The notes under the pieces: generated by a model
The model's input: the letters and a program-made list of their open reading frames with translations, nothing else
Database searches by the model: none
What the model was told of the DNA's origin: nothing
Part shown: positions 1-10,326 of the stretch, piece after piece
How positions within the stretch are numbered: the first letter of the stretch is position 1
How the letters are laid out: every line of letters begins with the position of its first letter
Made by a program: the position numbers and the translations under genes
Origin: an uncultured Acidobacteriota bacterium
Lineage (GTDB): Bacteria > Acidobacteriota > Vicinamibacteria > Vicinamibacterales > CAVVIG01
Assembly (NCBI GenBank): GCA_963837345.1
Contig: CAWIMX010000001.1
Span: 1,539,823-1,603,822, forward strand
DNA length: 64,000 bases
Direction: 5' to 3'

Positions 1-448
1 ACCACGAGCTCTTCGAACAGCGGCGCCGGTGGAACGGGCGGCTCCGCCGGAGTGAGTGGCTGCACCTCAGCGGCGAGCGGCGGCGCCTCGGGAAGCACGG
101 GCTCGGCGACCGGCGCCGGATCCGTCTGCGCGGGCTCGGTCGCAGGCGCCTGTGCCCGCAGAGGCGCCGGTCGCGCCGCTGCGGAGGTTGCCGGCCGTTC
201 CGCTGACCGCCTGACCGGGGCTGGCGTCGCCCGCTCGGCCACTGGCGGCGCCGCCGCCGGTGCGGCCGGCGTATCGCTGTCGGCTGTCGGTTGCGGGACG
301 GCAGCGGCCGTCGCCGGTGTCTCTGTGACGACGCTCTTCGCAGCCGCCTGGGCCGGCGCGCTCTGGCGCGTGGCGACGTAGCCGCCAACGCCCGCCGCGA
401 GCACGCATCCGACGGCGACGGCCGCGAATGCCAATCGGTTCGCAATCA
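1..448 (-). CDS. hypothetical membrane-anchored Pro/Ala-rich protein (N-terminal part; runs off the window start)
   Basis: Open-ended, so absent from the ORF track. Reverse-strand ATG at 448-446 is preceded by AAGGAG. Translates MIANRLAFAAVAVGCVLAAGVGGYVATRQ... (one TM helix, then P/A-rich low complexity) with no stop before position 1. Confidence 0.5.
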
Positions 449-591
449 TGGCACCTACTCCTTCAATCCCGCTGGCCACTCACGCAAGCCGCGTGCCCGG
501 GCAGACGTCGCCTGGAGTTGTGTAAACGCCTGCAGAAATGGAGCTTACCAGATTCTTTCGCGCGATTCGACTGTCCTGAAGGCTGGAACGG

Positions 592-1746
592 GTGTCCTCG
601 AAACTGGCCCTGTGCACTTTCGATAAGATCGTACCCGTGGCTCGCGACGTGGTCGTCATCGGGTCCGGGGTGATTGGGTGCGCCGTCGCGTTCGAGCTGG
701 CTCGTCGGGGGGCCTCGGTCGAAGTCGTGGACACGAGGCCCGCCGGCATGGGCGCCACGCAGGCGTCGGCCGGCGTGCTGGCGCCGTATCTCGAGGCGCG
801 CGAAGGCACGGCCCTCTTCGCACTGGGCGCCCGGAGTCTCGAGCTGTACGACGACTTCATCGCGCACGCCAGTGGGGCGAGCGGCGTCACGATTCCGTAC
901 CGTCGCACTGGCACGCTCGAAGTGGCGGCGTCAGAAGACACCATGGCCCGGCTGCGGCAAACCTCGGAATCGCTGGCGCGGCTCGGCATCGCGGGGGAAG
1001 CGCTTTCGGCCGCCGAGGCACGCTCCGAGGAACCGCAGCTCGCCAACGACGTGGCCGGCGGATTATTCGTCCCGTCGCACGGGTACGTCGCGGCGGGCGA
1101 GCTCACTCGCGCGCTCGTCACCGCTGCACGGCGTCACGGCGCGCAGATCGTCGAAGGCGGATCCGTGCGACGCATTTCGAGGGATGGCGCCGATTTGGCC
1201 GTGGAGACCGACCGCGGCCCGCTCAGCGGCGATGCGGTCGTTCTGGCAGCCGGCAGCTGGTCCGGGCAGATCGAGGTTGGCGGAGCGCCGCGTCGCGTGC
1301 CCGTTCGGCCCGTTCGCGGGCAGCTGTTGCACCTGGCGTGGAGCGGACCGGCGCTCCGGCGGGTGATCTGGGGCGAGCAGTGCTATCTCGTGCCGTGGGG
1401 CGACGGCACCCTGCTCGTGGGCGCGACGATGGAGGATGCGGGTTTCGATGAACGGACGACAGTGGCCGGTGTGGCGGGCCTGCTGGAGGCCGCCACGGGC
1501 CTCGTGCCGCACGTGGAGGCGGCGGGCTTCATCGGGGCGCGCGCCGGGTTGCGACCGGGCACACCCGACGACCTTCCAGTCATCGGCCCGTCGACGATGA
1601 TGCCGAATCTCGTCTATGCGACTGGACACTTTCGAAATGGCGTACTGCTGGCGCCGCTGACGGCTCAGCTCGTCGCCGACGCGCTTCTCGCCGGCCGAAC
1701 GGACCAGGCCTTCGAGGCCGTCGGTCCGAAGAGGTTCGGGCTGTGA
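592..1746 (+). CDS. thiO: FAD-dependent glycine oxidase ThiO-like oxidoreductase (DAO family)
   Basis: 384-aa ORF. Dinucleotide-binding motif VVVIGSGVIGCAVAFELARRG. C-terminal GHFRNGVLLAP resembles ThiO. GTG start at 592, alternative GTG at 637. Confidence 0.7.
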   Translation: MSSKLALCTFDKIVPVARDVVVIGSGVIGCAVAFELARRGASVEVVDTRPAGMGATQASAGVLAPYLEAREGTALFALGARSLELYDDFIAHASGASGVTIPYRRTGTLEVAASEDTMARLRQTSESLARLGIAGEALSAAEARSEEPQLANDVAGGLFVPSHGYVAAGELTRALVTAARRHGAQIVEGGSVRRISRDGADLAVETDRGPLSGDAVVLAAGSWSGQIEVGGAPRRVPVRPVRGQLLHLAWSGPALRRVIWGEQCYLVPWGDGTLLVGATMEDAGFDERTTVAGVAGLLEAATGLVPHVEAAGFIGARAGLRPGTPDDLPVIGPSTMMPNLVYATGHFRNGVLLAPLTAQLVADALLAGRTDQAFEAVGPKRFGL

Positions 1747-2108
1747 CCACGCGGACGATTGGTGGCATCGCGTACCGCCTGGTGACGACCGAGCGCGACG
1801 GCCAGTGGACGGCCCGGGCCGAACGCGTCGACAATGGGGACCGGTTCGGCGTCGAGGCGATCGGGACGTCGGAAGCCGACGCGGCGGCCCGCCTCACGGC
1901 CTGGCTCGAGTGGCAGGATGAGCATCGGGCGGCCCTTGCCGCGCTGCAGGAGGCCGAGCACGACTTCCATCGGGTGGTGGCCGGCAGCGCCTTTGCAAAT
2001 CCGACGGAGGGGCCGACGCCGACCGAGATGCAGCAGGCGGCGCTCAATCGCGTCGAGGCCGCGCGAGTGCATCTGGACGAAGTGCGCGGTCGCCGGCCCG
2101 AACTGTGA
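1743..2108 (+). CDS. hypothetical protein
   Basis: 121-aa ORF. Its GTG start overlaps the thiO stop (GTGA), suggesting coupling. No domain recognised. Confidence 0.45.
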   Translation: MTTRTIGGIAYRLVTTERDGQWTARAERVDNGDRFGVEAIGTSEADAAARLTAWLEWQDEHRAALAALQEAEHDFHRVVAGSAFANPTEGPTPTEMQQAALNRVEAARVHLDEVRGRRPEL

Positions 2109-2136
2109 GCCGACGTGTCCAGCGAGGAGGTGTGGT

Positions 2137-2415
2137 ATGGCCAGGCTCACGCAGGCCGAGATCGAGCAGCGCCTCGCCCAGCTCTCGGGGTGGACGCTCG
2201 CAGGCGATGCGATCCGCAAGCAGTTCGAATTCCAGTCGTTCCCCGACGCGGTCGCCTTCGTCAACCGCCTGGTGCCGATGGCCGAGTCGGCGGATCATCA
2301 TCCCGACATCCTGATCAACTACCGCCGCGTCACGCTGACGTATTCGACCCATAGCGAAGGCGGCCTCACGGCGAAGGATTTCGCCGGCGCCGCCGCTGCC
2401 GAACGACTCGCCTGA
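2137..2415 (+). CDS. 4a-hydroxytetrahydrobiopterin (pterin-4a-carbinolamine) dehydratase
   Basis: MARLTQAEIEQRLAQLSGWTL...ADHHPDILINYRRVTLTYSTH is typical of PCD, 92 aa. ATG 2137 is preceded by GAGGAGG. The upstream part of the 193-aa track ORF is spurious. Confidence 0.85.
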   Translation: MARLTQAEIEQRLAQLSGWTLAGDAIRKQFEFQSFPDAVAFVNRLVPMAESADHHPDILINYRRVTLTYSTHSEGGLTAKDFAGAAAAERLA

Positions 2416-2424
2416 CGCACATCC

Positions 2425-2889
2425 GTGCGACTGAAGAAGACGTACGGCGCCCGCGAAGTGGCCGCGCTCACCGGGTTGAGCGCGCGACAGCTGCAGCTCT
2501 GGGACACGGGCGGCCTGGTGGCGGCCCCTGTTCCGCCGCGGCGCACGGCCGCAGGCGGCTACACCGAACGGCGGTATACGCCGATCGAGCTCTTCGAGCT
2601 CCTCGTGCTGGCCGATCTGCGTCGTCGCGGGTTCACGATGTCGCAGCTGCACGACATCGTGCGAATCCTGAAGCAGCAGTTCTCCGTGCGCCTGTTCGAA
2701 GCGACCGGCGGGGGCGGTGCCGTACAGCTCCTCACCGACGGCCGCGAGATCTACGCGCGCACCAGCCAGGGCGACATCTTCAACCTGCTGCTGGCGCCGG
2801 ATCAGCCGCTGCTGGTCGTCGGCAACGAAGGTCTGCTGAGGGAGTTGAGCGGAAAGGTTCGACGTCGCAAGCCGCGCCGGCAACCGTAG
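2425..2889 (+). CDS. MerR family transcriptional regulator
   Basis: N-terminal HTH YGAREVAALTGLSARQLQLWDTGGLV. 154 aa, GTG start. Confidence 0.75.
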   Translation: MRLKKTYGAREVAALTGLSARQLQLWDTGGLVAAPVPPRRTAAGGYTERRYTPIELFELLVLADLRRRGFTMSQLHDIVRILKQQFSVRLFEATGGGGAVQLLTDGREIYARTSQGDIFNLLLAPDQPLLVVGNEGLLRELSGKVRRRKPRRQP

Positions 2890-2906
2890 GGGGGTGCGCG
2901 TCCCCC
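2889..2906. terminator. GC hairpin between convergent genes (possible bidirectional terminator)
   Basis: GGGGGG-TGCGCGT-CCCCC lies between the MerR stop (2889) and the BMC-H stop (2911). No clear U-tract. Confidence 0.3.
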
Positions 2907-2910
2907 ATCG

Positions 2911-3207
2911 TCATCCGATCGGAAAGACCTTTTCGAGATCGTCGGCGGGTCGCGGGATCACGTGAACGCCGACCAGCTCGCCGACGCGGCGCGCGGCAGC
3001 CGCACCGGCGTCGGTCGCCGCCTTGACCGATCCCACGTCGCCGCGGACGATCGCCGTCACGAGTCCGGCATCCACCTTCTGCCAGCCCACGAACACGACG
3101 TTGGCCGTCTTGCACATCGCGTCGGCGGCCTCGATCATCCCGACCAGCCCGCGCGTCTCGACCATGCCGAGCGCGTCGCCCACCTCCCGCTTGTGCTTGT
3201 CGGCCAC
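2911..3207 (-). CDS. BMC-domain shell protein (BMC-H, PduA/EutM/CcmK-like)
   Basis: [59 protein letters not shown] is a canonical Pfam00936-type BMC sequence. I take GTG 3207 as start (98 aa). The rest of the 202-aa track ORF overlaps the upstream gene. Confidence 0.85.
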   Translation of the reverse strand: MADKHKREVGDALGMVETRGLVGMIEAADAMCKTANVVFVGWQKVDAGLVTAIVRGDVGSVKAATDAGAAAARRVGELVGVHVIPRPADDLEKVFPIG

Positions 3208-3218
3208 GTCGGCGTAGT

Positions 3219-4340
3219 CTACGCGATTTTCCCGCGAGCGGCGACGGGAATGACGTCCACGACCTCGTCTCCCTCGACCAGGTGAACCGCGTCCACCAGA
3301 TTCGACACGACGCACGAATGGTTCGGAAGGACACGGACTCGATCGCCGGGCTCCAGGCGGCGGACGCCTGCGGAACGTACCACGGCATGCTCCTCGGACA
3401 GGCGCTCGATCGTCAGCGAGTCGTCCACCGATTCGCCCTCTGTCGAGAGGACGGCGCCGAATCCCTCCGTGCGGCCAAAGCCGCGTGCCGGATCGCTCGA
3501 GAGCGTCTTGCTGCCGCAATCGAGGATCACGCGATCCGCGGCCGGCGTTGACACCACCATCGCCAGCACGGTCAGCGCGCAGTCGTCGGTGGTCGCAGCC
3601 CCCAGGCCCACCTGCGTCCGGTCGAAGTAGACATAGTTGCCCGGTCTGAGCTCGGTCGGGCCCACCACCTTCGCGCTGTAGCGCAGGGTCGGGGTGGCGC
3701 CGACGCTGATCTCCTCGATCGCCACGCCAGCCGCCTCGGCCGATCGCTTCAGTCCGTTCAGGAGCTCGGCCTCGCGTTCCGCCACTCGTCGAAGATCGTC
3801 GTCCGAGCGAGCGGCATAGCCCTGACCCGCATGGCTGAGCAGGCCCTTGAGCTGAAGGCCGGGCAGCCTGGCAACGTGGCGCACGAACGCCACCGCGTCG
3901 GCGTGTTCGGGATCGATGCCGCAGCGGTGAAAGCCGACGTCCACTTTGATCAGGACGTCCAGGACGCGGCTCGCGCGCCGCATCTCGTCGGACCAGGCGC
4001 GCGCGACGGCCGGATGGTCCACGACGATCGACATCGTCGCGCGGTCCATCAGGGCCAGAAGTCGCGAGGCGTTCGAAGGCTGGACGGGGTAGGCGATCCG
4101 GATGTCGGTGAGGGCTCCGGCGGCAAAGACCTCGGCTTCGCCGATCTTCGCGCAGCAGATCCCGCGCGCGCCTGCACGAAGCTGCCAGCCGGCGATGTCG
4201 GGTGATTTGTGCGTCTTGACGTGCGGCCTGAGCGACATGCCGGCGTGATCCGCGAGCGCCTGGATCCGCCCGATGTTCCGCTGGAGGCGTGAACGGTCGA
4301 CGAGGACGGCGGGAGTGGGGAGCGACGAGATCCGTGTCAC
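3219..4340 (-). CDS. D-TA family PLP-dependent enzyme (alanine racemase N-terminal fold; D-threonine aldolase / D-serine dehydratase-like)
   Basis: [48 protein letters not shown] carries the PLP-lysine context (HVKTHK). GTG 4340 overlaps the DUF1501 stop (GTGA). The track Met at 4514 would overlap the upstream gene. Confidence 0.75.
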   Translation of the reverse strand: MTRISSLPTPAVLVDRSRLQRNIGRIQALADHAGMSLRPHVKTHKSPDIAGWQLRAGARGICCAKIGEAEVFAAGALTDIRIAYPVQPSNASRLLALMDRATMSIVVDHPAVARAWSDEMRRASRVLDVLIKVDVGFHRCGIDPEHADAVAFVRHVARLPGLQLKGLLSHAGQGYAARSDDDLRRVAEREAELLNGLKRSAEAAGVAIEEISVGATPTLRYSAKVVGPTELRPGNYVYFDRTQVGLGAATTDDCALTVLAMVVSTPAADRVILDCGSKTLSSDPARGFGRTEGFGAVLSTEGESVDDSLTIERLSEEHAVVRSAGVRRLEPGDRVRVLPNHSCVVSNLVDAVHLVEGDEVVDVIPVAARGKIA

Positions 4341-5584
4341 CCCACCATCATGCCCGGAAAGCGCGACGGGCTGACCGTGTGTCCCGGGAAGATCGGGGCC
4401 GCGTCGGCCACGCCGAGGTGCCGCACCACGATCTCGGCGAACACGTCGCGGAAGTCGGTGGTGACGGCCAGATCGCGCTGGTCGTATCGCTGGTCGAGGG
4501 CCAGCCCGGGCCACCGCCCGTAGACGCGGCCGCCCTTGACGTCGCCGCCGATCACGAACATCGCGTTCCCGTGGCCGTGATCGGTGCCGCGGTTGCCGTT
4601 TTCGTTCACCGCCCGGCCGAACTCCGACATCGTCAGTACGACAGTGTCGGCCATGAGATCGCCCAGGTCGGTGACGAGGGCCGAGATGCCGCGGGAGAAA
4701 TCGTCGAGTCTCGCTGCCAGCTGTCCCTGCGCGGCGCCCTGATTGACGTGGGTGTCCCAGCCGCCGAGATCGGCAAACGCCACTTCGAGGCCGAGGTCGG
4801 CCTTGGCGAGCTGCGCAATCTGCTGCAGGGCCTGGCCGAAGGGGCTCCGCGGATACTCCGCTCCCCGTTCCGGTCGATAGCGGGAAGGGTCCGTGCGCTG
4901 CAGCATGTTCATCGCGTCGAACGCCTCGCGGCCGGCGCCGTTCAGCACGTGATCGGCGGCCGCGGCGTACTGTTGCTCGAAGGACAGGGCGACCGGGTTC
5001 GAGCGGCCGCCGCGGATGCCGAACTGATCGAGCTGGCGCACGGCCAGCGCCGGCGCGGCCCCCTGGAGCGCACGCGGCAGCTGTGACGTGAGCGCGACGG
5101 CGCGGAATGGCGTCTGCTCCTGTTCGCGGCGCGCCTGCAGGTAGCGGTTCAGCCAGCCGTCGGACGTGCTTTTCACGCCCGGCGTCGCCGTTTCCATGTA
5201 GTCCTGCGCGTCGAAGTGGCTGCGCGTGCTGTCGGGCGACCCGCAGGCGTGGACGATGGCGAGGCTGCCGGCCTTCCAGAAGGGCGCGAGCGGCGCGAGG
5301 CGGGGATTCAAGCCGAAGAAGCCGTCCAGATCCACCGCGGCGTCGGCGCCGGCGCCGGGGCGGGGAATCGCGATCGACGGCCGCGCGCGATAGTAGTCGG
5401 CGTCACCGAAGGGCACGACCATGCTCAGGCCGTCGACGGCGCCGCGCTGGAAGATCGCGATCAGGCGCTTCGCGCGACGGGTGCGCCCCTGCGCGAATGC
5501 GGTCCGCGCGAGAAACGACGGCGCGAAGCCGAGGCTGACCATGGCGATGGCGCCGTTCTTCAGGAAGATGCGTCGGGAAATCAT
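4337..5584 (-). CDS. DUF1501 domain protein (sulfatase-like fold) with Tat signal
   Basis: 415 aa. N-terminus [31 protein letters not shown] is a twin-arginine signal. GTDHGHGN motif. Classic pairing with DUF1800. Confidence 0.85.
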   Translation of the reverse strand: MISRRIFLKNGAIAMVSLGFAPSFLARTAFAQGRTRRAKRLIAIFQRGAVDGLSMVVPFGDADYYRARPSIAIPRPGAGADAAVDLDGFFGLNPRLAPLAPFWKAGSLAIVHACGSPDSTRSHFDAQDYMETATPGVKSTSDGWLNRYLQARREQEQTPFRAVALTSQLPRALQGAAPALAVRQLDQFGIRGGRSNPVALSFEQQYAAAADHVLNGAGREAFDAMNMLQRTDPSRYRPERGAEYPRSPFGQALQQIAQLAKADLGLEVAFADLGGWDTHVNQGAAQGQLAARLDDFSRGISALVTDLGDLMADTVVLTMSEFGRAVNENGNRGTDHGHGNAMFVIGGDVKGGRVYGRWPGLALDQRYDQRDLAVTTDFRDVFAEIVVRHLGVADAAPIFPGHTVSPSRFPGMMVG

Positions 5585-5587
5585 GGG

Positions 5588-7165
5588 CTACCGCCTCTGG
5601 AATTCCGGCGACCCGAGCGTCAGCGCCAGGCGCTGCTCCTCGGTGGTCGCTCTCGCAATTGTCGCGCGCGTCGCCTGGGAGACGTCGTCGGCCAGCACTT
5701 GCGTGATCACGGCGTCGCTGCGCGCCCCCGGCTGCCGGCTGCCGACGGCCGACTGGCGGCCCCCTCCGGTCAGCGCGAGCGCCACATTCATGCGCTCGAC
5801 GAGCGCGCCGGTGTTCACCCACACGTCCGCCGTGTCCTTGTAGCCCGTCGGCGGCTGGCATTGATAGAGCGGCTGCCCGAGCTGCTGTGCGGCGCGCACG
5901 AGCGGCAGCGGCCTCGCCGCGTCGGCGCCGAGCGCACGGACCGACGACACGACGAATTCGAACGGCGTCTTCACTTTGGCCCGGTACGCCTCGGGCGCGA
6001 AGAACTCGGGCGAGGTGACGATCGTCCGCATCACCTCGCGGAGGTCGCCGTGCGTGTGCTCGAAGGCGGCCGCGACGCGATCGACCAGGGCGACGGGCGG
6101 CGTATCGCTCACGAATCGGCGGCTCAGCTCGGTCGCGATGAACCGGGCGGTCGACGGATGCGACGCCAGGATGTCGAGCACCTGTTCGCCGTCGCGCTCG
6201 CCTCCGCCGGCCGCCAGGTGATGACCCAGCACGACCTTCGGCCCATCGTCATGGAGGCGCGGCTCGAAGCGGAAGCCTCCCCCCTGGCGCGGCTGATCGA
6301 TCGTCCATCCGGTGAACGCCCGGGCGACCTCGGTGACGTCCTTCTGCGTGTACCCGCCGTCCACGCCGAGCGTGTGCAACTCCATCAGCTCGCGGGCGTA
6401 GTTTTCGTTCAACCCACGCCGCGGGTTCTGGGCGTTCTGGGGCGGAGCCAGGGGCGCCAATCGACCACGCCCTCCACGACGCGCCGACGCGTCGGGGTCC
6501 ACGCTCAGCCAGTTGTCGAGATAGAAGAGCATCGCCGGGCTCTTGGCCGTGGCTCCCAGCAGGTCGCGAAACGATCCCAGCACATGAGGACGAATCGCCT
6601 CGCGCTCGTACTCGGTCAGCAGGAACCGGTCGGGGCCCTTTCGCGCATCGACGTTGAAATGGTTGAACCAGAAGTCCACCAGCACTTCCTGCAGCTGGCG
6701 CTCGCTGTAGATGGCGCGCTCCACCTTCTGCGCGGAGAGTTCCATCAGCACCTGATTCGCCTGCTGCATCGCGGGCGGCCGTTGAGACGGGTCCGGCGGC
6801 TGACCGGCCTTCTGATTCTGCTGCTGCCGGCGCCGCGCCTGCTGGAGCGGAATCGCATACTTCTGCGCGATTTCCCGCGAGCTCATCTCAATCGTGGTGA
6901 GATCGACGAGCCGCTGATCCATCGCGCCGTCCGGAATGCGCTCGGGATGGAGCTGGTCGTCGATATAGCGTTCGACGCCCAGATTGCGCACGCGCTCGAC
7001 GTCGCCAGGGCGCGGGCCGAAGGCGGTGCGATTGAGGAGATGCACGATCGCCTGGTCGTCGGTGGGAAAACCGGCCGCAGCGGGGCGCTGCGTGCTGGCG
7101 ATCGCGGCGGCCGCGATGGCTGCGGCCGCGACCAGTCCTGTCTGTATCCGCTTCGACACGCCCAT
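5588..7165 (-). CDS. DUF1800 domain protein
   Basis: 525 aa with a signal-like N-terminus. LHPERI...LVDFWFNHFNV is typical of DUF1800. 3-nt gap to DUF1501. Confidence 0.85.
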   Translation of the reverse strand: MGVSKRIQTGLVAAAAIAAAAIASTQRPAAAGFPTDDQAIVHLLNRTAFGPRPGDVERVRNLGVERYIDDQLHPERIPDGAMDQRLVDLTTIEMSSREIAQKYAIPLQQARRRQQQNQKAGQPPDPSQRPPAMQQANQVLMELSAQKVERAIYSERQLQEVLVDFWFNHFNVDARKGPDRFLLTEYEREAIRPHVLGSFRDLLGATAKSPAMLFYLDNWLSVDPDASARRGGRGRLAPLAPPQNAQNPRRGLNENYARELMELHTLGVDGGYTQKDVTEVARAFTGWTIDQPRQGGGFRFEPRLHDDGPKVVLGHHLAAGGGERDGEQVLDILASHPSTARFIATELSRRFVSDTPPVALVDRVAAAFEHTHGDLREVMRTIVTSPEFFAPEAYRAKVKTPFEFVVSSVRALGADAARPLPLVRAAQQLGQPLYQCQPPTGYKDTADVWVNTGALVERMNVALALTGGGRQSAVGSRQPGARSDAVITQVLADDVSQATRATIARATTEEQRLALTLGSPEFQRR

Positions 7166-7307
7166 GGAGCTCTCCTGCCTAACGAGCTTAGACCGGGCGG
7201 GCCGTGAAAGCGTTTAAAAGGGCGCGACGAGCTTCAGGTCGACCGCTTTCGCTTCGCCTTCTCCGAGGGTGAACAGCGTGGCCAGCTCAGATGCGGCGCC
7301 TCTTGCG

Positions 7308-8882
7308 TTACCGGATTCGCACGCGGCTCTGTTCGCGCATGAACTGCTGCACGTAGTAGGGGCCGCCGCTGCCACGGCCCGTGGAGCCGCTCGCCTTCCA
7401 GCCGCCGAACGAATTCACGCCGGGCCAGGCGCCTGTTGTCGCCCCGGCCCGGCGATTGGCGTACGTGACGCCGGCCTGGATGCGTTCGAAGAAGCGCGAG
7501 AGCTCGCTTTCGTCTTCGGAAAAGATGCCGGCCGTGAGGCCGTATTCCGTGCGATTGGCGAGCTCGATCGCGTCGTCCAGCGTGACCACGTCGGCGACAA
7601 GCGTGATCGGCACGAACAGCTCTTCGCGGAACAGCGGATGCCCGGCGGGAAGGCCGTCGATGACGGTCGGCTCCACATACCAGCCGTGCGCGAATTCGCC
7701 GTCGGTGAGCCGGCGGCCGCCTGCGAGCACGTGGCCGCCGTCCGCCCGCGCCTGGGCCACGGCGCGCTCGAACGTGCGGACGGCCGCTTCGTTGATGACC
7801 GGGCCGAGGTACACGCCGCGCTTCAGCGGATTGCCGACGGTGATCTGTTTCGTCTTCTCGACCAGACGCCGCACGAATTCGTCGCGGATGGTCGTGTCGA
7901 TATAGACGCGCGAGCATGCCGAGCACTTCTGACCCTGCGCGCCGAACGCTGACCGCATCACGCCGTCGCTCGCCTTGTCGAGATCGGCGGAGCGCATGAT
8001 GATGGCGGGATTCTTGCCGCCCATTTCGATGACGAGCGGACGCGGAACTGTGCGCGCCGCGTTCTCGCGAATCAGGTGCATGCCCACGGCCTTCGAACCC
8101 GTGAACACGATGCCGTCGACATCCGCGTTGTCGATGAGCTCCTGACCGGCCGTGCTCCCGCCGCCGGTGACGAAGTTGAAGACGCCGGCGGGGAGGCCGG
8201 CCGCCGCGGCAATCTCGTAGAAGCGGTGCGCGATCGTCGGCGTCGCCGATGCCGGCTTGAGCACGATGGTGTTGCCGGCGACCATCGCGGCGCCGGCCGG
8301 GCCGGCCGCCAGCGCCATCGGGAAGTTGAAGGGCGAGATCACCCCCCACACGCCGTACGGACGCATGACGCTGGCGTTCTCTTCACCGGGGCCGAGCGCG
8401 CCGAGGGCCACGTGGAAACCATCGTGGGTCTCGACCTGATCGCAGTAGTAGGCGATGAGATCGGCCGCTTCCTCGACGTCGCCGACGCACTCGAGACGGT
8501 TCTTGCCGGCTTCGTAGCCCATCAAGGCGGCCAGATCCCACCGATGCTCACGAATGCCGTCGGCCACCCGCCGCAGGAGCGCGACGCGCTCGCGCCAGGG
8601 CCGCGCGCTCCATGCCGGATAGGCGGCGCGGGCTGCGGCGATCGCCTGTCGCATCTCGTCGCGACCGCCTGCCTGGCACCGGCTGATCAGGATGCGGGTG
8701 TCGATCGGACTGCGCACCTCGAACTCGGTTGCCGCCCGCACGGGCTTGCCGTCGATCGCCAGCGGCACGGAGGCGCCAAAATCCTTCTTCACGCGCTCGA
8801 TGGCGGCGTCGAGCGCGCGATGGAGATCTTCCATCTGATCGCCGCTCATCGTCGCGTAGGTGATCTTGGTTTGTGTCGCCAT
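7308..8882 (-). CDS. pruA: aldehyde dehydrogenase family, L-glutamate gamma-semialdehyde (P5C) dehydrogenase-like
   Basis: ALDH motifs FTGSKAVG, EMGGKNPAIIM and FGAQGQKCSACSRVYI (catalytic Cys; GQKCSA is typical of P5CDH). ATG 8882 with GAAGGGGG upstream. Confidence 0.8.
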   Translation of the reverse strand: MATQTKITYATMSGDQMEDLHRALDAAIERVKKDFGASVPLAIDGKPVRAATEFEVRSPIDTRILISRCQAGGRDEMRQAIAAARAAYPAWSARPWRERVALLRRVADGIREHRWDLAALMGYEAGKNRLECVGDVEEAADLIAYYCDQVETHDGFHVALGALGPGEENASVMRPYGVWGVISPFNFPMALAAGPAGAAMVAGNTIVLKPASATPTIAHRFYEIAAAAGLPAGVFNFVTGGGSTAGQELIDNADVDGIVFTGSKAVGMHLIRENAARTVPRPLVIEMGGKNPAIIMRSADLDKASDGVMRSAFGAQGQKCSACSRVYIDTTIRDEFVRRLVEKTKQITVGNPLKRGVYLGPVINEAAVRTFERAVAQARADGGHVLAGGRRLTDGEFAHGWYVEPTVIDGLPAGHPLFREELFVPITLVADVVTLDDAIELANRTEYGLTAGIFSEDESELSRFFERIQAGVTYANRRAGATTGAWPGVNSFGGWKASGSTGRGSGGPYYVQQFMREQSRVRIR

Positions 8883-8957
8883 CGGTGTGCCCCCTTCGCG
8901 TGACGTTACCACGCGCCCGGCCGGCGCTGCCTCAGCCGAATCGCGCGAATCCGGACA

Positions 8958-9629
8958 TCAGCGGCCGAGCAGCGGCTCGTTGAGGAAACGGATGAGCGGC
9001 GCCACCTGTCTGAAGGTGCCAATCAGCGTCCGGTAGAAGCCGGCGCGAATCGCCGCGGCCGGCGGCAGCTGGCGACCTGCCAGAAACTGTCGAAACTTCA
9101 GATATTCCGCGGCGGGATGATCCTTCGCGAACGCGAGGGGCACGCGCTGCAGCCGCTCGCCTTCGAGCGCGCCCAGGCGTCGCCGGAACGCGGGCGACTC
9201 GACAATCGAGGCAAACCGGCGCGCGTTGGTCGCGATGTGCTCCCGGACGGCGTGCAGCTGCGGCGTGGGCGGCGCGTACATGCCGCCGCCGATCCAGACC
9301 TCGTCCGGAGCGATGTGGAAATAGAGGCCCGCGCCCTCATGCTTCGGGAGATGGCGGCACGGGAAGATCGCCGCGACGTGGGTCTTGTAGGGGGCCTTGT
9401 TGGCCGAGAACCGCACGTCGCGATAGATGCGGTACATCGAGCGTTTCGGATCGGCGAGGAGATCGGGGGCAAACGGCCGGAGATCGCCGGCGAGCCGCTC
9501 GATGGTGGCCTGCATGGGCGCGCGCACGAACGCGTCGTACTCGTCGCGGTGGGCGAGAAACCAGTCGCGACGATTGTTGCGCTTGAGCGCCCGCAGGAAT
9601 TTCAGCGTGTCCGCGGTAAACGCCTGCAT
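8958..9629 (-). CDS. DUF2461 (TIGR02453) family protein
   Basis: MQAFTADTLKFLRALKRNNRRDWFLAHRDEYDAFVRAPM...RIYRDVRFSANKAPYKTH is typical of the family. Alternative start at 9659. Confidence 0.75.
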   Translation of the reverse strand: MQAFTADTLKFLRALKRNNRRDWFLAHRDEYDAFVRAPMQATIERLAGDLRPFAPDLLADPKRSMYRIYRDVRFSANKAPYKTHVAAIFPCRHLPKHEGAGLYFHIAPDEVWIGGGMYAPPTPQLHAVREHIATNARRFASIVESPAFRRRLGALEGERLQRVPLAFAKDHPAAEYLKFRQFLAGRQLPPAAAIRAGFYRTLIGTFRQVAPLIRFLNEPLLGR

Positions 9630-9673
9630 GGTCTGCCGCCGCCCGAGTGTGCGCACCACATCGGCGGGAACGC

Positions 9674-10231
9674 CTACGGCCGGGCCGCCTGCGCCCGTGC
9701 GCCCGCCGCGTGCGCCATTCGCTCCTGCTGCCGACGCGTGATGTGCGGGACCAGGCCGATCATGCGCTGGGCCACCATCAGCTGCGCGCGATGGTGCATC
9801 TCATGTTCCTTGACCGACAGCAGCATCTCGAACCGGCTCTTCGTGGCCGGCGTGGCGCCCTCCGGCATCTTGACCGGCTCGGCCAGGAACAATTCGGGCA
9901 GGCTCTCGAGGTAGGCAGCGAACTTCTCGCCTTCCGCGTTCAAGGTCGCGATCACATCGGCCTTGGTGCGCGGCATCGCCTCTTCGGCCTGGAGGCGCTG
10001 GACGATCTGTCCGAAGTTCACCTTGGCGAGGTCGTCGATCTGCCGGCCGTGGATTTCCGTCTGAAAAGCCGGAAGAAACGCGATGTGGGCCAGCGTGCGG
10101 GCGATGGTGCGCGATTCAGGCGACGCCTTGAAGTCGTACCGATCTTCCGGGATCTCTTCGGCAATCTGAATCGTATTGCCGCGGACGGTCCGGAAGGCCG
10201 CTGCCATTTCTTTTCCGCCGTAGTACGTCAT
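9674..10231 (-). CDS. DinB family protein
   Basis: Only the last 185 aa of the 311-aa track ORF look real: MTYYGGKEMAAAFRTVRGNTIQIAEEIPEDRYDF...VKEHEMHHRAQL (DinB-like His triad context). Confidence 0.7.
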   Translation of the reverse strand: MTYYGGKEMAAAFRTVRGNTIQIAEEIPEDRYDFKASPESRTIARTLAHIAFLPAFQTEIHGRQIDDLAKVNFGQIVQRLQAEEAMPRTKADVIATLNAEGEKFAAYLESLPELFLAEPVKMPEGATPATKSRFEMLLSVKEHEMHHRAQLMVAQRMIGLVPHITRRQQERMAHAAGARAQAARP

Positions 10232-10326
10232 GATGTGGGTGCCTCGCGAGAAGGGGTTCTCGCCACTATATGCAGGCGGGCCAACCGTTGTAAAGTTGCC
10301 GCGCCCGTTCAGAAGGAGAGACATCG

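Noticed and set aside
5216-7207. Very long antisense ORFs (5216..7207 +, 16233..18248 +, 29376..31934 -, 31478..33967 -, 45025..47163 -, 60816..63992 -, and others)
   Set aside because: Each lies opposite a gene with clear family motifs. They are Arg/Gly/Ala/Pro-rich, as expected for shadow frames at about 70% GC. None shows a recognisable domain.
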